From contig NZ_LT549890.1 of the NCBI RefSeq assembly GCF_900079115.1, forward strand, positions 1,530,001 through 1,562,000: 32,000 bases of DNA. Reading direction: 5' to 3'. Source of the stretch: Saccharolobus solfataricus (GTDB taxonomy: Archaea; Thermoproteota; Thermoprotei_A; Sulfolobales; Sulfolobaceae). Each line of letters starts with the position of its first letter. Position 1 is the stretch's first letter. This document shows, one piece after another, positions 1 through 10,239 of this stretch. The translations under genes were made by a program, and so were the position numbers. The notes beneath the pieces are model-generated. The model was not told the origin of the DNA, did no database searches, and saw only the letters and a list, made by a program, of their open reading frames with translations.

Positions 1-1270
1 CTATACCTTTAAAGTACCATATTATTGTAGCAATACCTCCAATTAGCCACAGTATCGTGTTATACAATATGTAATTAGTTAAATTAAAGGATTGAGTAAC
101 ATAAGTTGAGATCGCATATGCGGTAATTGGAACGAGCCTAATTAGGCCTATCATGAACGCCCTCAACTTCTTTGGCATTAACACAGGTTCGTATATCGTC
201 CTAATTGCCCAGCTAAATTCACTAAACAACATATTGACAATTAGTAATGAGTAAAACATTCCGAAGTTGAAGTTAGTGGTTAGGTATAGAATTGGAATCA
301 TACTAAGACTACCTCCCACATATGATATTAACGCGAAGATTCTGGTCCTTATCTTGTTCGCAATATACGCTGCTATAAAACCAGAAATTGAAGCCCCTAA
401 ATTTGCTATGAAGATAATGAAAGGGGTTTGTGACGAGGAGAAATAATAGTCTGCGACCACAAATGCCATTAAGCCATAGGTTAAATATTGAGAAAGTCCT
501 ATTATAGCTAGAAATGCGTATCTAGAACCTAAACTTAGCTTTTTGTTCACATTAACTTCTTTTGCTTCTGTTGTACCGTCTTTTACAACCTTGCTAGCCT
601 CAATTTTTGCCTTATTTATATCTCCTTTAGTTGCCAACCATCTTACAGATTCTGGTAACAATAGCCTTATTATCACTGCCGTAACAATGCCCAATATTGC
701 GACAACGGTAAGGGCTAAGAGTTCTATTATGAAAGAATTTGAAAGGCTATACGTTAAATACCCAACTAGAGCAGCTACCATTGCGCCAATATTGTCGAAA
801 TTTGGAGCCAATACTAACATCATATCTCTGTATTTGAGAGGCATCATCTCTGCAGTATATGATAGCATCACTGGGACTTCACCCTCAACTCCAAATATTC
901 CTAAAACTATTCCTAAGATTATTAGAATTAATGAAGGGAATTTTGCTAGATTATCTGTACTGAAACCAGCTAAGACTGACGCTAAAACTAGTAATATGGT
1001 TCCAACAGAATATAGTGACATTGTAATGAAGAAGGTGGTCTTCCTACCCAACTTCTTATCTGAAAATAATGAAAGTGCTAAGTTACCTGCTAGTGTTGCA
1101 AATGTTGGGGTTAGTAGGAATAATACACTATTTATATTAGGATAAATTAAGGGAGCAATAGAAGCAATTACTCCCCACATGAAGTAACCTATTGCAAGTG
1201 AGGCAAACATTAGCGAATGTATTGAAGTCCACTTTGCCGTATCGATTAGTCTCTCAATACTCTTCTCCAT
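1..1270 (-). CDS. MFS-type transporter; C-terminal end lies beyond the window start
   Basis: Not in the supplied track because it is open at the window edge. The reverse-strand ATG at 1270 reads MEKSIERLIDTAKWTSIHSLMFASLAIGYFMWGV... and I found no stop down to base 1. It has many hydrophobic segments split by a charged central loop (..KGDINKAKIEASKVVKDGTTEAKEVNVNKK..), the usual two-half MFS layout. The + ORF 543..1145 is its antisense shadow. Confidence 0.7.
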   Translation of the reverse strand, partial: MEKSIERLIDTAKWTSIHSLMFASLAIGYFMWGVIASIAPLIYPNINSVLFLLTPTFATLAGNLALSLFSDKKLGRKTTFFITMSLYSVGTILLVLASVLAGFSTDNLAKFPSLILIILGIVLGIFGVEGEVPVMLSYTAEMMPLKYRDMMLVLAPNFDNIGAMVAALVGYLTYSLSNSFIIELLALTVVAILGIVTAVIIRLLLPESVRWLATKGDINKAKIEASKVVKDGTTEAKEVNVNKKLSLGSRYAFLAIIGLSQYLTYGLMAFVVADYYFSSSQTPFIIFIANLGASISGFIAAYIANKIRTRIFALISYVGGSLSMIPILYLTTNFNFGMFYSLLIVNMLFSEFSWAIRTIYEPVLMPKKLRAFMIGLIRLVPITAYAISTYVTQSFNLTNYILYNTILWLIGGIATIIWYFKGI

Positions 1271-1406
1271 ATGTAAAAATGATAATTAGTAACTTATAAA
1301 GTCACTTATTTTGAATTTTTAATAGACCATCACCAAATCAGCCCTGAGACCACTCTTCACCTCTCAAGTCCTGCCCACTCATTCCTCTTCAACGAAATAT
1401 AAAAAC

Positions 1407-1949
1407 CTAATCGTCTCCTTTAAATAATAATTCAACAATAGTGTTTCTAATATCGTAGGCTATCTTTTTACCTAATTCAGTACCTGGGCCTATGAAATAT
1501 TCGTTTCCAGGTAAAGAGCCAACTGCAATTGCATCACTTACAGTACCCGTAAACTTATATCCCAAATCCCTTAAAGCTCCAGCCTTAGCCTCTGTTACTG
1601 TTCTTATTAAGTCAACTAATCCATTAATGTTTAACCCTTTATCAACAAACACCCCAATATTAATAGTACAACCTGCATCCTCACCGCTTCTCCCAATTCC
1701 AGCACTGATGAAAAATTTACCCCAATCAGTTTCTTTAAAAGTGTAATTCTTTGCAGCAGTCATGAACATTATGGCAGATTTAGAGGGACACCAGTTAATT
1801 ACATCTCCCCAAGGGTTACCACTACAATAACTTTTATCAACGAAAATACTACAAATTTGGTTAACTCTAATTATTCCTTCTGGATATAAAGCTGAAGTTA
1901 AAATTATGTACTCTTTTCCAAGATCAAACCTAACAATTTTTGGCTCCAT
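1407..1949 (-). CDS. CbiZ-like (adenosylcobinamide amidohydrolase family) protein
   Basis: 180-aa ORF. The block TVTEAKAGALRDLG...FTGTVSDAIAVG resembles the conserved TEAK..AL / TGT.SDA segment I recall for CbiZ. The family assignment is from memory only. Confidence 0.45.
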   Translation of the reverse strand: MEPKIVRFDLGKEYIILTSALYPEGIIRVNQICSIFVDKSYCSGNPWGDVINWCPSKSAIMFMTAAKNYTFKETDWGKFFISAGIGRSGEDAGCTINIGVFVDKGLNINGLVDLIRTVTEAKAGALRDLGYKFTGTVSDAIAVGSLPGNEYFIGPGTELGKKIAYDIRNTIVELLFKGDD

Positions 1950-2122
1950 TAATCAAAGGTTTATTATCAATCTTTAAATTAATTTAGGTTGAAACAACTA
2001 TAGAGGGGTTTTTTGAATGTTTTTAACAAAATTAAAAATCGAACTTATAGGTATGACTACTCGAGGTAAGTTTCCCTTGAAAACGAATTTATAATTTTTT
2101 AAACTCTTTAAACATTAGAAGA

Positions 2123-3550
2123 TTGATGTCTTCAGTTAAAAACGAATACGATGCAATTCATAGGGAATTACGAGAACAAGGTTTTATTAGAACTGATTAT
2201 CCCCCAAATCCATCTGAAGTGTTATGGAATAAGAAGATAATGACAATGAAAAGAGAGGAAATCGATAAGTTAAAGACGTTTAGACTAAGAAGGATTATAA
2301 AGTGGGCATGGGAAAACATTGAGTTCTATAGAAGGTTTTGGAAATCTAAAAACTTCGAACCAGACATGATAAAGGACTGGAGGGATATCGCTAAAATACC
2401 GATATTGAGAAAAGATGAAATTAGGAAAGACCTACAGCAAAATCCTCCATTTGGTACAATTTTCCATCCAGAATTGGCTAATCACATAAGATTTGTTGGA
2501 GCGACTTCTGGCTCAACTGGATTACCTACCTTCCAAGGATGGGGGGCTTTGGAAATGGACTACTTCCAAGAAGCCCAGGCAAGGTACTTGTGGACTTTTG
2601 CCGAAGTTAAGCCAACTAAGGTTTACGCAAACTACCTAAACATGAGTGGCTTTTATAGTTGGGGGCCTCCGGTTGTTGAGACCGCAATGTGGAGATGTGG
2701 GGCAACTGTCATAGCTGGAGGTGGTGAGACATACTTCTCATGGAAGAATAGACACAACCTGATCTTCAAACTATGGAAAGTTGACGTATTCGCCACAACT
2801 CCTTGGCTACATAGATTAGTAGGAGAGGAGGCTAAAATTGAGGGTTGGGAAACTCCCTTCAAGGTTTTGCTACTTCACGGTGGTGCAGCTGCTGAAAACA
2901 CTAAAAAGAAATTATTCAAGGTTCATCCAAATGCTGAATTAGCTATAAGTGTTTGGGGAACCACTGATGGACATATGGCTATTGAAGTTCCAAGCTTAGA
3001 AGGACAATTAGTAGTTTGGGAGGACATGGAGATATTTGATATTGTAGACCCTAAGACTGATGAACCAGTATCTGGGGGAGAAAGAGGTGAACTGATAGCG
3101 ACCTTGTTAAATCACTTTACCATGCCTTTAATACGCTATAGTTTAGGAGATTACGTTAAGAATGACTTCCTGACCGATCCGGATCCTAAGTATGGTATAA
3201 CTCACATGAGATTTGCTGAGCCAATACCAGGTAGGGTTGAGTGGATGTTCTTCGTTAAAGGGAAACTATTATTGCCAATTTACGTTGAGGACGCTGTGAA
3301 TGAAATTCCAGACACTACTGGAATGTTTAACATTTTCATTTACGATAATAGTATGGATAAATTGAAGATTAGAATAGAGACAAGGAGGGAACAGGTTAAT
3401 TCTACTTACGATAAGCAAGCCAGAGAGATATTAGCGAGCAGGATTGGGATTAACCCAGATGACGTTGAGATAGAGTGGGTAAAGCCTGGAAATACAATAT
3501 GGACGGGCTACAAGTTGCAAGTGTTTGTTGACCAGAGGAAGAAGAAATAA
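2123..3550 (+). CDS. Phenylacetate-CoA ligase / coenzyme F390 synthetase family (PaaK-like) adenylating enzyme
   Basis: 475 aa. The motif [11 protein letters not shown] is an AMP-binding P-loop-like motif. Overall length and the C-terminal small domain are typical of PaaK-like ligases. Confidence 0.7.
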   Translation: MMSSVKNEYDAIHRELREQGFIRTDYPPNPSEVLWNKKIMTMKREEIDKLKTFRLRRIIKWAWENIEFYRRFWKSKNFEPDMIKDWRDIAKIPILRKDEIRKDLQQNPPFGTIFHPELANHIRFVGATSGSTGLPTFQGWGALEMDYFQEAQARYLWTFAEVKPTKVYANYLNMSGFYSWGPPVVETAMWRCGATVIAGGGETYFSWKNRHNLIFKLWKVDVFATTPWLHRLVGEEAKIEGWETPFKVLLLHGGAAAENTKKKLFKVHPNAELAISVWGTTDGHMAIEVPSLEGQLVVWEDMEIFDIVDPKTDEPVSGGERGELIATLLNHFTMPLIRYSLGDYVKNDFLTDPDPKYGITHMRFAEPIPGRVEWMFFVKGKLLLPIYVEDAVNEIPDTTGMFNIFIYDNSMDKLKIRIETRREQVNSTYDKQAREILASRIGINPDDVEIEWVKPGNTIWTGYKLQVFVDQRKKK

Positions 3551-3734
3551 TTTTTCTTTTTACTTATTACTTTATTATACTAGAAATCAAAAATAATAAT
3601 AGAAAAGTTCTTATGTAAATAGGCTCCGCCCTAATATAGATGGTACGATGTTTCTATCTGAAAGATGTTTTCAAAAATCGTCTTTTCACCACCATTTATA
3701 AGTTATAGTATTTTCATGAAATTACATCCTATTA

Positions 3735-5285
3735 TCACCATTTAGTTCTCTCTTTTAAAACTTTTTTGTTAACCTTTCCAGTGCTGGTTAGGGGTAAATC
3801 ATCTACAATAACTATATCATCTGGAACCCACCATTTTGGTATCAAACCTTGAGTTGAAGCACTTCTTAAATGGCTGATTATGTTTTCTTTTAAATTTGAT
3901 CCCTTACCTTTGACTAATGCTATAGGTCTTTCTCCCCATTTTTCATCTATTCTACCTATTACAGCAACGAGATCTACTCCACTTACTTCAGATATTATTG
4001 ACTCAATTATACTAGGTATTATCCACTCTCCTCCACTCTTTATTAAGTCCTTCTCCCTATCCAAGATTCTTATAGTATGGTAGTCATCTATAATCATAGC
4101 TATATCTCCAGTTTTGAACCAACCATCCTCGTAGGAAGATTTAGTATTCTCTAGATCGTTAAGATACTCACCAGGTAGCCAAGGTGTTTTAACCCATAAA
4201 TGTCCTATCTCTCCTACTTTAGCCTCTTTACCGTCTGGCTTAACTACTTTCAATTCCACGAAAGGAAGAGGATGAGTATATACTCTCGCGTAATCTTCGA
4301 TGCTTTGTATATTGGTATTTGCGGGAATGATAGTAATTGAAATTGCTAACATATCTGTTCCACCATATATTGATGCAAAAGATACTCCACTTTCTTTTAA
4401 CTTCTTAGCCAGATTAGATGATATTGGAGAACCACCTATCAAAGTTTTTAAGCCATTTAGTTGCCCTTGTTTGGCTGCGCTTAGTAACATATACATCATT
4501 GTGGGGACAGCGTTAAGCCAGGTTACCTTTTCCTTTTCTATTATTTCCAATGTTTTTATTGGCTCAAATTTTCCACTTGTGACGTATTTAGCGCCTAGGT
4601 AAGTAGCGTGAAATAGTGAACCCCATGACCATAAATGATAATATGGTATAAGACCTAATATGATATCGTTGTTCTTCAACGAAGAAGGGCTATTGTAAAG
4701 TGATAGCTGGTGCACCATACCTATTGCTCCATGAACCGTTTTTTCATTAGTATACATAACCGCTTTAGGTAACCCTGTTGTACCTGACGTAAATAAGATA
4801 GAGTATGGATCACTTCCTTTAACGTAAATTTCGGGTTCCTTAACTAGTTTTCTACTTACCAAATCATCATAAGTTATCTTAGTATCATTGGAATCTATAC
4901 TAATAATTTTCTCCTTAGTGAAGTCCTTAAATAAGAATATGAAATCTTTTGAAGCGAATAACCATTCTACCCTAGCGTGTTTAATTGTATAAAGTAATTG
5001 ATCGTAGGGTAGTTTGACATTAACTGGATATATTATTGTACCTATTAAGCTAGAAGCGAATAATAGCTCAACGAATTTAAGGGTGTTATAATCTGCAACC
5101 CCTATTATACTTCCCTTAGATATTCCAATCGATAACATTGAGTTAGATATACCTATTATTCTTTCATAAGTCTCCTTATATGACTGTCTAACATTGCGAA
5201 AAGGATCTACTATTTCCTTATCTGGCGCCATAGTTACAGCCCTTTTAAGAAGCGAGAATACGGTAAAACCCTCTTGCATTTCCAA
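3735..5285 (-). CDS. AMP-dependent acyl-CoA synthetase/ligase
   Basis: 516 aa with ILFTSGTTGLPKAVMYT (AMP-binding motif I), GWFKTGDIA, LIKSGGEWI and C-terminal TSTGKVNKKVLKE. Confidence 0.85.
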   Translation of the reverse strand: MEMQEGFTVFSLLKRAVTMAPDKEIVDPFRNVRQSYKETYERIIGISNSMLSIGISKGSIIGVADYNTLKFVELLFASSLIGTIIYPVNVKLPYDQLLYTIKHARVEWLFASKDFIFLFKDFTKEKIISIDSNDTKITYDDLVSRKLVKEPEIYVKGSDPYSILFTSGTTGLPKAVMYTNEKTVHGAIGMVHQLSLYNSPSSLKNNDIILGLIPYYHLWSWGSLFHATYLGAKYVTSGKFEPIKTLEIIEKEKVTWLNAVPTMMYMLLSAAKQGQLNGLKTLIGGSPISSNLAKKLKESGVSFASIYGGTDMLAISITIIPANTNIQSIEDYARVYTHPLPFVELKVVKPDGKEAKVGEIGHLWVKTPWLPGEYLNDLENTKSSYEDGWFKTGDIAMIIDDYHTIRILDREKDLIKSGGEWIIPSIIESIISEVSGVDLVAVIGRIDEKWGERPIALVKGKGSNLKENIISHLRSASTQGLIPKWWVPDDIVIVDDLPLTSTGKVNKKVLKERTKW

Positions 5286-5290
5286 AACCT

Positions 5291-6931
5291 CTATTTCATC
5301 TCTTCCATATTTATGAGCTCACGTATCTCAGATATATAATCTCGTAGAATGCTTCTACCCATTAGAAATCTCTCATAGTAGATCTTCGACAACATTGTGA
5401 ATCGCTCAATACCCAACTTACGGCCCATATGGGATAGTAATATCACGGAAATACCATGCCCTAAAGTTAATAGTAAATCTTTTGAGTAAAACTGCATCTC
5501 ATATTCTCTGTAAGTTAGGAGCGTGGTGGCCTTATCTTTGATGAAATCAAGCGTTTTGGAAGCTATCTCATCCTTTGCTTCATTTACAATCCCTTCCAAG
5601 TCCCTTATTAGTTGTCTATGTGCTTCCTTCTTCACCATGGCTTCGAGCATCTCTAAAGCCTGAATGTTTCCAGTCCCTTCCCAAATTGGAGTTATAAGCG
5701 CTTCTCTGTGAAGTCTTTCTATAGGAAACTCTTCGAGAAATCCAATTCCTCCATGAATCTCCATTGCCATTCTTGATACTTGAGATGCTATTTCAGCTGT
5801 AATATGCTTAGAAATATGAGTCAATAGACGCGCATAATGGTACTGCTCATTGTAGAAAGGTGGCATAGCTTTCCAAGATTTTTGGAACTGATCTATTGCC
5901 TTAAAAGTTACTACCATACCTCCTTCAATCATGAGCTCCATTTCAAGTAAATCTTTCTGAATTAGGGGATGTTCAATTAATGCCTTACCAAAAGCTTTTC
6001 TGGATTGCGAATAATAATAGGATTCGAGAAAAGACTTCCTCGCTATACCTAAAGCCCCTACAGCATTGGATAATCTTGATACCATAAGATCCTCAGTTAT
6101 GTAATATATCCCATATTCCTTTTCTCCTATAAGATAAGCCTCTGAACTGTTAAACTCCACCTCTCCAGTTGGCACACTGTTTGTTCCACTTTTTCTCTTA
6201 AGTCTTCTTATCAAAAAATTCTTTTCACCTTTATTGTTCTTTTTAGGAACTAGGAATAGGGAAAGGCCTTTAGCCCCACTCTTACTTCCCATAGGTCTAG
6301 CACTTACTAACGCTAAATCAGCCAACCCGACACCGCTAGCGAAATATTTAGTATTTCCTTTTAATAGCCAATACTTACCGTTAAATTCAGCCTCCACTAA
6401 ATTAGATCCTAAGTCACTTCCACCTTGAATCTCAGTGAACCACGTAGCTCCGAAAAGCAACTCATCTGAATCTCCTATTAGATAGGGAACGTATTTCTTT
6501 AGTTCCTCGCTACCGTATTTATAGAGAGCGTATGCGGTCTGATTGGTAATTGTAAGTATGCATGCTATACCTGGATCAGAAACTAGATATATTGAAGCGT
6601 AGTGCTTATGCCAATTTTCCTCTTTATATGGAAATTTATTAATATCGAAATCTTTGATTAGCCTTTTAATAGCTGCCCTTAGAGAAGGATCAATCCATAC
6701 TTCATCTACTCTCTCCCCATTTACGCTCCACATTACGTGTATGGGTCTAGCTCTCTTATCTACATGTTCCGCAATTTCATATAACTCTCCCCCTGCAAAC
6801 TCACCTAATTTTGAGAAGTCTGCTTTCACATCAAAATATTCCAAAATCTTTTGTAATGGTTTATCAATATTAAAATGATTTTTGCCATACGCACTAGATA
6901 TATATGAGAAAGGACTATTACCCTTACTCAT
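5291..6931 (-). CDS. Acyl-CoA dehydrogenase family protein (long form)
   Basis: 546 aa. Motifs TEIQGGSDLGS and IHGGIGFLEEFPIERLHREALITPIWEGTGNIQALE match the ACAD middle and C-terminal signatures. It lies 5 bp upstream of the acyl-CoA synthetase on the same strand. Confidence 0.8.
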   Translation of the reverse strand: MSKGNSPFSYISSAYGKNHFNIDKPLQKILEYFDVKADFSKLGEFAGGELYEIAEHVDKRARPIHVMWSVNGERVDEVWIDPSLRAAIKRLIKDFDINKFPYKEENWHKHYASIYLVSDPGIACILTITNQTAYALYKYGSEELKKYVPYLIGDSDELLFGATWFTEIQGGSDLGSNLVEAEFNGKYWLLKGNTKYFASGVGLADLALVSARPMGSKSGAKGLSLFLVPKKNNKGEKNFLIRRLKRKSGTNSVPTGEVEFNSSEAYLIGEKEYGIYYITEDLMVSRLSNAVGALGIARKSFLESYYYSQSRKAFGKALIEHPLIQKDLLEMELMIEGGMVVTFKAIDQFQKSWKAMPPFYNEQYHYARLLTHISKHITAEIASQVSRMAMEIHGGIGFLEEFPIERLHREALITPIWEGTGNIQALEMLEAMVKKEAHRQLIRDLEGIVNEAKDEIASKTLDFIKDKATTLLTYREYEMQFYSKDLLLTLGHGISVILLSHMGRKLGIERFTMLSKIYYERFLMGRSILRDYISEIRELINMEEMK

Positions 6932-7001
6932 AGTCTATATTTATTCTTATATAACTTATAAGCGTATAGTACTTTAGGAATGTGAATTACCTCACCCTCA
7001 T

Positions 7002-7453
7002 GGTAGACCCAGAAATTACTTCTTAAAAATAAATTTGTAATATTAGTAATCCACTTTACCAGTAGTGAAGAAAGGCGTACCATCAGTTAAGGCGTTCCAC
7101 ATCCAAAAGTTTTCCCTCTTAGGACAGTGCCTAACATAAGTCTAACTCTCGCCAAGAACAATAAATTTTGCAGTAAAATTCCTTAATTGATCTTGAAGAA
7201 TTGATAGACTTTCCGCTTCCTCCGGAATTCTCTCCCTAAGAGTGAGGTTAATTACACTGATGATTACTCTGTTCATCAAGTTCTTGATAATCGTGTTGCG
7301 AGTAAGAAATACGCTATCGAGAGTTATAATTCTTATTGTAGGTCCCACTTTGCTATATTAGCTAGGGATACTAAGGTCAATAGGGTGAGAGGATTGTTGA
7401 TTATAGTCTTGTTGAACGTCATGTACCTTGTTCAAGGTAGTCTTCTCCCTTGA
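7002..7453 (-). mobile_element. Decayed relic of an IS related to the neighbouring ~1.05 kb element, cut by that element's insertion
   Basis: 7002-7034 (ggtagacccagaaattacttcttaaaaataaat) matches the terminal repeat and adjacent right-end sequence of the intact IS (cggtagacccaaaatcattttacaaaaataaat). A transposase fragment lies inside (next feature). Confidence 0.45.
7142..7348 (-). pseudogene. DDE transposase fragment (relic)
   Basis: IRIITLDSVFLTRNTIIKNLMNRVIISV aligns with IRLITLDAGFYTVDVLNFISQFKYIIAV of the intact transposase at 7605..8489. The ORF is far too short, and a stop interrupts the frame immediately upstream. Confidence 0.5.
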
Positions 7454-8508
7454 CGGTAGACCCAAAATCATTTTACAAAATACTTTCGATAAGGTAATAT
7501 TAGTTTTGCAGAAGATAAATGGAATTTATAACAATATAAAGAGTTCAACAAATTGAAGAAAGGCTTAAGGTGAAAAAGACTGTATTATCACAAGATGAAC
7601 CACGATGATAACACTTGATCTTCCCCACCAAAATAACACTCAACAAATAGGGTATAAATTACTTTCCATATTAGACTTCCAAGGGAAAAAGGCAGAGAAC
7701 CTAGAGACGCTGAAGGGAGAGAAGGAAATAGACATTTCAATAGACTGGACCACCAAAACCTGGTACGGGAAACCGGTGGAAGTAAGCTCGGAAAAGGGAA
7801 ACTCATGGAACTACGCCACTGAAATGACTAAACATAATGGGAAAGTGCTCCTACTGGCTTTCGTCACACAAGTAAACGAGATGACCAAGGACTACATCGT
7901 GAAGATCCTCGTGGAGCAGGTTACTGCAATGGGGTTCAAGATAAGGTTGATAACTCTTGACGCAGGTTTCTACACAGTTGATGTGCTCAATTTCATTTCA
8001 CAGTTTAAGTATATAATTGCTGTGCCTGTTGGGGACATGAAGGTTTATGAGGAGTTTGATGGAGAGTATATGACAAATAGTAAGAGGCATAGGAGGGATG
8101 AGCAGGTTAAGTTCAGGCTTTTGGTCTATGGTAGGGAGAAGATTAAGAGGAAGAAGGTTGTTTACTTTGCTAGGGGGACTAATCTCGACCTACCGAAGAA
8201 GGAGGCGTTAAAGTTGTACGACAAGGTAAGGAGTCCCATAGAGACTTCTTACCGGAACATCAAGGCCCTCCTTCCCTTCACCAGTTCCACTAAGTTCGTC
8301 TTCCACATGTTGATCTTCGTTTTAGCCATGATCTTCTACTCCCTGTACACCGTATTTAAGGGTATGGCGAGAAGGGAAGAGTTCAGGTTATTACTAATTC
8401 TTTTGTTTCCTGGTGATTTATTCAATCTAGAAAATTCTCTATTTAAGCTACTAGAAACACTTATTAATACAATAGATTTATTTTTGTAAAATGATTTTGG
8501 GTCTACCG
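7454..8508 (+). mobile_element. Intact insertion sequence, 1,055 bp, ISC1058-like (IS5-type DDE element; name inferred from size and termini)
   Basis: Perfect 27-bp terminal inverted repeats: CGGTAGACCCAAAATCATTTTACAAAA at 7454-7480, with its reverse complement ending at 8508. A single transposase ORF lies inside. I could not identify a flanking direct repeat. Confidence 0.8.
7605..8489 (+). CDS. DDE transposase
   Basis: 294 aa filling the IS. LITLDAGFY is a DDE-type aspartate context and SPIETSYRNIKA is a C-terminal E/K block. Confidence 0.8.
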   Translation: MITLDLPHQNNTQQIGYKLLSILDFQGKKAENLETLKGEKEIDISIDWTTKTWYGKPVEVSSEKGNSWNYATEMTKHNGKVLLLAFVTQVNEMTKDYIVKILVEQVTAMGFKIRLITLDAGFYTVDVLNFISQFKYIIAVPVGDMKVYEEFDGEYMTNSKRHRRDEQVKFRLLVYGREKIKRKKVVYFARGTNLDLPKKEALKLYDKVRSPIETSYRNIKALLPFTSSTKFVFHMLIFVLAMIFYSLYTVFKGMARREEFRLLLILLFPGDLFNLENSLFKLLETLINTIDLFL

Positions 8509-8709
8509 CAGAGAGGCGAGGCTTTCCGCCCCCTTAACCTCCAATTTTAGTAAATAAGCCGTTAGCTTCTCCTCCAATTACTACCACTGTAGTTCTCATT
8601 TTCATAGGATTACATCTGACTGATATTTATTAACGTTATCCTAAATTTTATTTATGGAGAATGCATTGTATCATCTTTATAAACTTAACTTCACAATTAA
8701 ATATTAAAA

Positions 8710-8717
8710 TTTAAATA
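8710..8717 (+). promoter_or_regulatory. Candidate archaeal TATA box for glpK (near-leaderless transcript)
   Basis: tttaaata lies about 20-25 nt upstream of the glpK ATG (8734) in an AT-rich intergenic region. Position is the only evidence. Confidence 0.3.
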
Positions 8718-8733
8718 TATGTATACATAAATA

Positions 8734-10239
8734 ATGAATACTATGTCACATAAGTTTGTTCTAGCCCTAGATGAGGGTACTACAAGTGCTAGGGCTATAC
8801 TCTTCGATAGTGACTTAAACATAGTAAACATAGGGCAATATGAATTCCCGCAGTACTATCCTCAACCTGGCTATGTGGAACATGACCCTGAGGAAATATG
8901 GGAAGCTCAAATGTTAGCCGTAAAAAAGGCTATAAGTAAAATAGATGCTAAACAAATAGTAGCAATAGGGATAACAAACCAAAGGGAGACAACGGTATTA
9001 TGGGATGCTAAAAGCGGTAAACCGGTTTACAATGCAATTGTATGGCAGGATAGAAGAACTTCTCCAATAACGGACTGGCTAAAAGCAAATTACTTTAAAA
9101 TGATAAAGGACAAAACTGGGTTAGTTCCAGACCCTTACTTTAGTGCATCTAAGATAAAGTGGATACTTGATAATGTGCCCAATGTTAGGGAGAAAGCAGA
9201 AAGAGGAGAAATTAAGTTCGGGACCCTAGATACTTATTTAATCTGGAGGCTTACTAACGGAAAAGCTCATGTAACTGATTACTCTAACGCTTCTAGAACA
9301 ATGCTTTTTAATATAAATAAATTAGAATGTGATAGAGAAATCTTAGAACTTCTAAAAATACCCGAATCTATATTGCCAGAGGTTAAACCATCAAGTGAAA
9401 TTTACGGTTACAGTGAGGCGTTAGGAAACTTAATACCTATATCTGGGGACGCAGGAGACCAACAAGCAGCTTTATTCGGTCAAGTAGCGTTTAACGTAGG
9501 TGAGATAAAAGCTACTTATGGTACCGGTAGTTTCATTTTAATGAATATAGGCAATAACCCAATACGATCAGAAAACCTCTTAACTACAATAGCTTGGGGT
9601 CTTGAGAAGAATAAGGCAACGTATGCATTAGAGGGGAGTATATTCATAACTGGTGCAGCTGTACAATGGTTTAGGGACGGCTTACGGGCAATAGACGTTT
9701 CAGATGAGATTGAACCTTTAGCCTCAAATGTGGAAGATAATGGCGGTGTCTATTTCGTTCCAGCTTTTGTTGGATTGGGAGCTCCTTACTGGGATCCATA
9801 TGCTAGAGGTCTCATAATAGGCATAACTAGAGGAACTACTAAAGCTCATATAGCTAGGGCTATTTTAGAATCAATGGCCTATCAAACTAGAGATGTAATT
9901 GAGGTAATGCAAAAGGAATCCGGCATCAGTATAAATTCGCTTAAGGTTGACGGAGGTGCAGCTAAGGATAACCTTTTAATGCAATTCCAAGCTGATATAT
10001 TAGGTATTAAGGTAATCAGACCTAAAGTTATGGAAACTACTTCTATGGGAGTTGCAATGCTAGCAGGTTTAGGTGTAGGCTTATGGAACTCTTTAGAGGA
10101 ATTAAGGAGCATATGGAAGGTTGATAAGGAATTCATTCCAAGTATGAGTGAGGAGAAAAGGAGGGCATTGTACTCTGGGTGGAAGGAGGCTGTAAAGAGA
10201 GCTATGGGATGGGCTAAAGTTGTAGGAGGTCAAGTTTAA
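8734..10239 (+). CDS. glpK: Glycerol kinase
   Basis: 501 aa with [47 protein letters not shown] and [20 protein letters not shown]. This is the full FGGY/GlpK signature set. Confidence 0.95.
   Translation: MNTMSHKFVLALDEGTTSARAILFDSDLNIVNIGQYEFPQYYPQPGYVEHDPEEIWEAQMLAVKKAISKIDAKQIVAIGITNQRETTVLWDAKSGKPVYNAIVWQDRRTSPITDWLKANYFKMIKDKTGLVPDPYFSASKIKWILDNVPNVREKAERGEIKFGTLDTYLIWRLTNGKAHVTDYSNASRTMLFNINKLECDREILELLKIPESILPEVKPSSEIYGYSEALGNLIPISGDAGDQQAALFGQVAFNVGEIKATYGTGSFILMNIGNNPIRSENLLTTIAWGLEKNKATYALEGSIFITGAAVQWFRDGLRAIDVSDEIEPLASNVEDNGGVYFVPAFVGLGAPYWDPYARGLIIGITRGTTKAHIARAILESMAYQTRDVIEVMQKESGISINSLKVDGGAAKDNLLMQFQADILGIKVIRPKVMETTSMGVAMLAGLGVGLWNSLEELRSIWKVDKEFIPSMSEEKRRALYSGWKEAVKRAMGWAKVVGGQV

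Noticed and set aside
543-1145. 200-aa + strand ORF in the supplied track
   Set aside because: It lies entirely antisense to a longer uninterrupted minus-strand frame (1..1270) that has clear MFS-transporter character. Its own sequence is low-complexity with no recognisable motif.
2653-6878. Short antisense ORFs (2653..2862, 3880..4083, 4300..4602, 6234..6428, 6654..6878)
   Set aside because: Each is fully contained, on the opposite strand, within a long ORF that has strong enzyme motifs. They are shadow ORFs.
8536-8605. Minus-strand mini-ORF MKMRTTVVVIGGEANGLFTKIGG*, which at first looked like the Rossmann N-terminus of a glycerol-3-phosphate dehydrogenase destroyed by the IS
   Set aside because: GGEANG does not satisfy GxGxxG, and nothing dehydrogenase-like follows on either side of the IS. 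The flanks are better explained as remnants of an older IS: a third terminal-repeat copy and a transposase fragment on the other side. I could not prove either reading.
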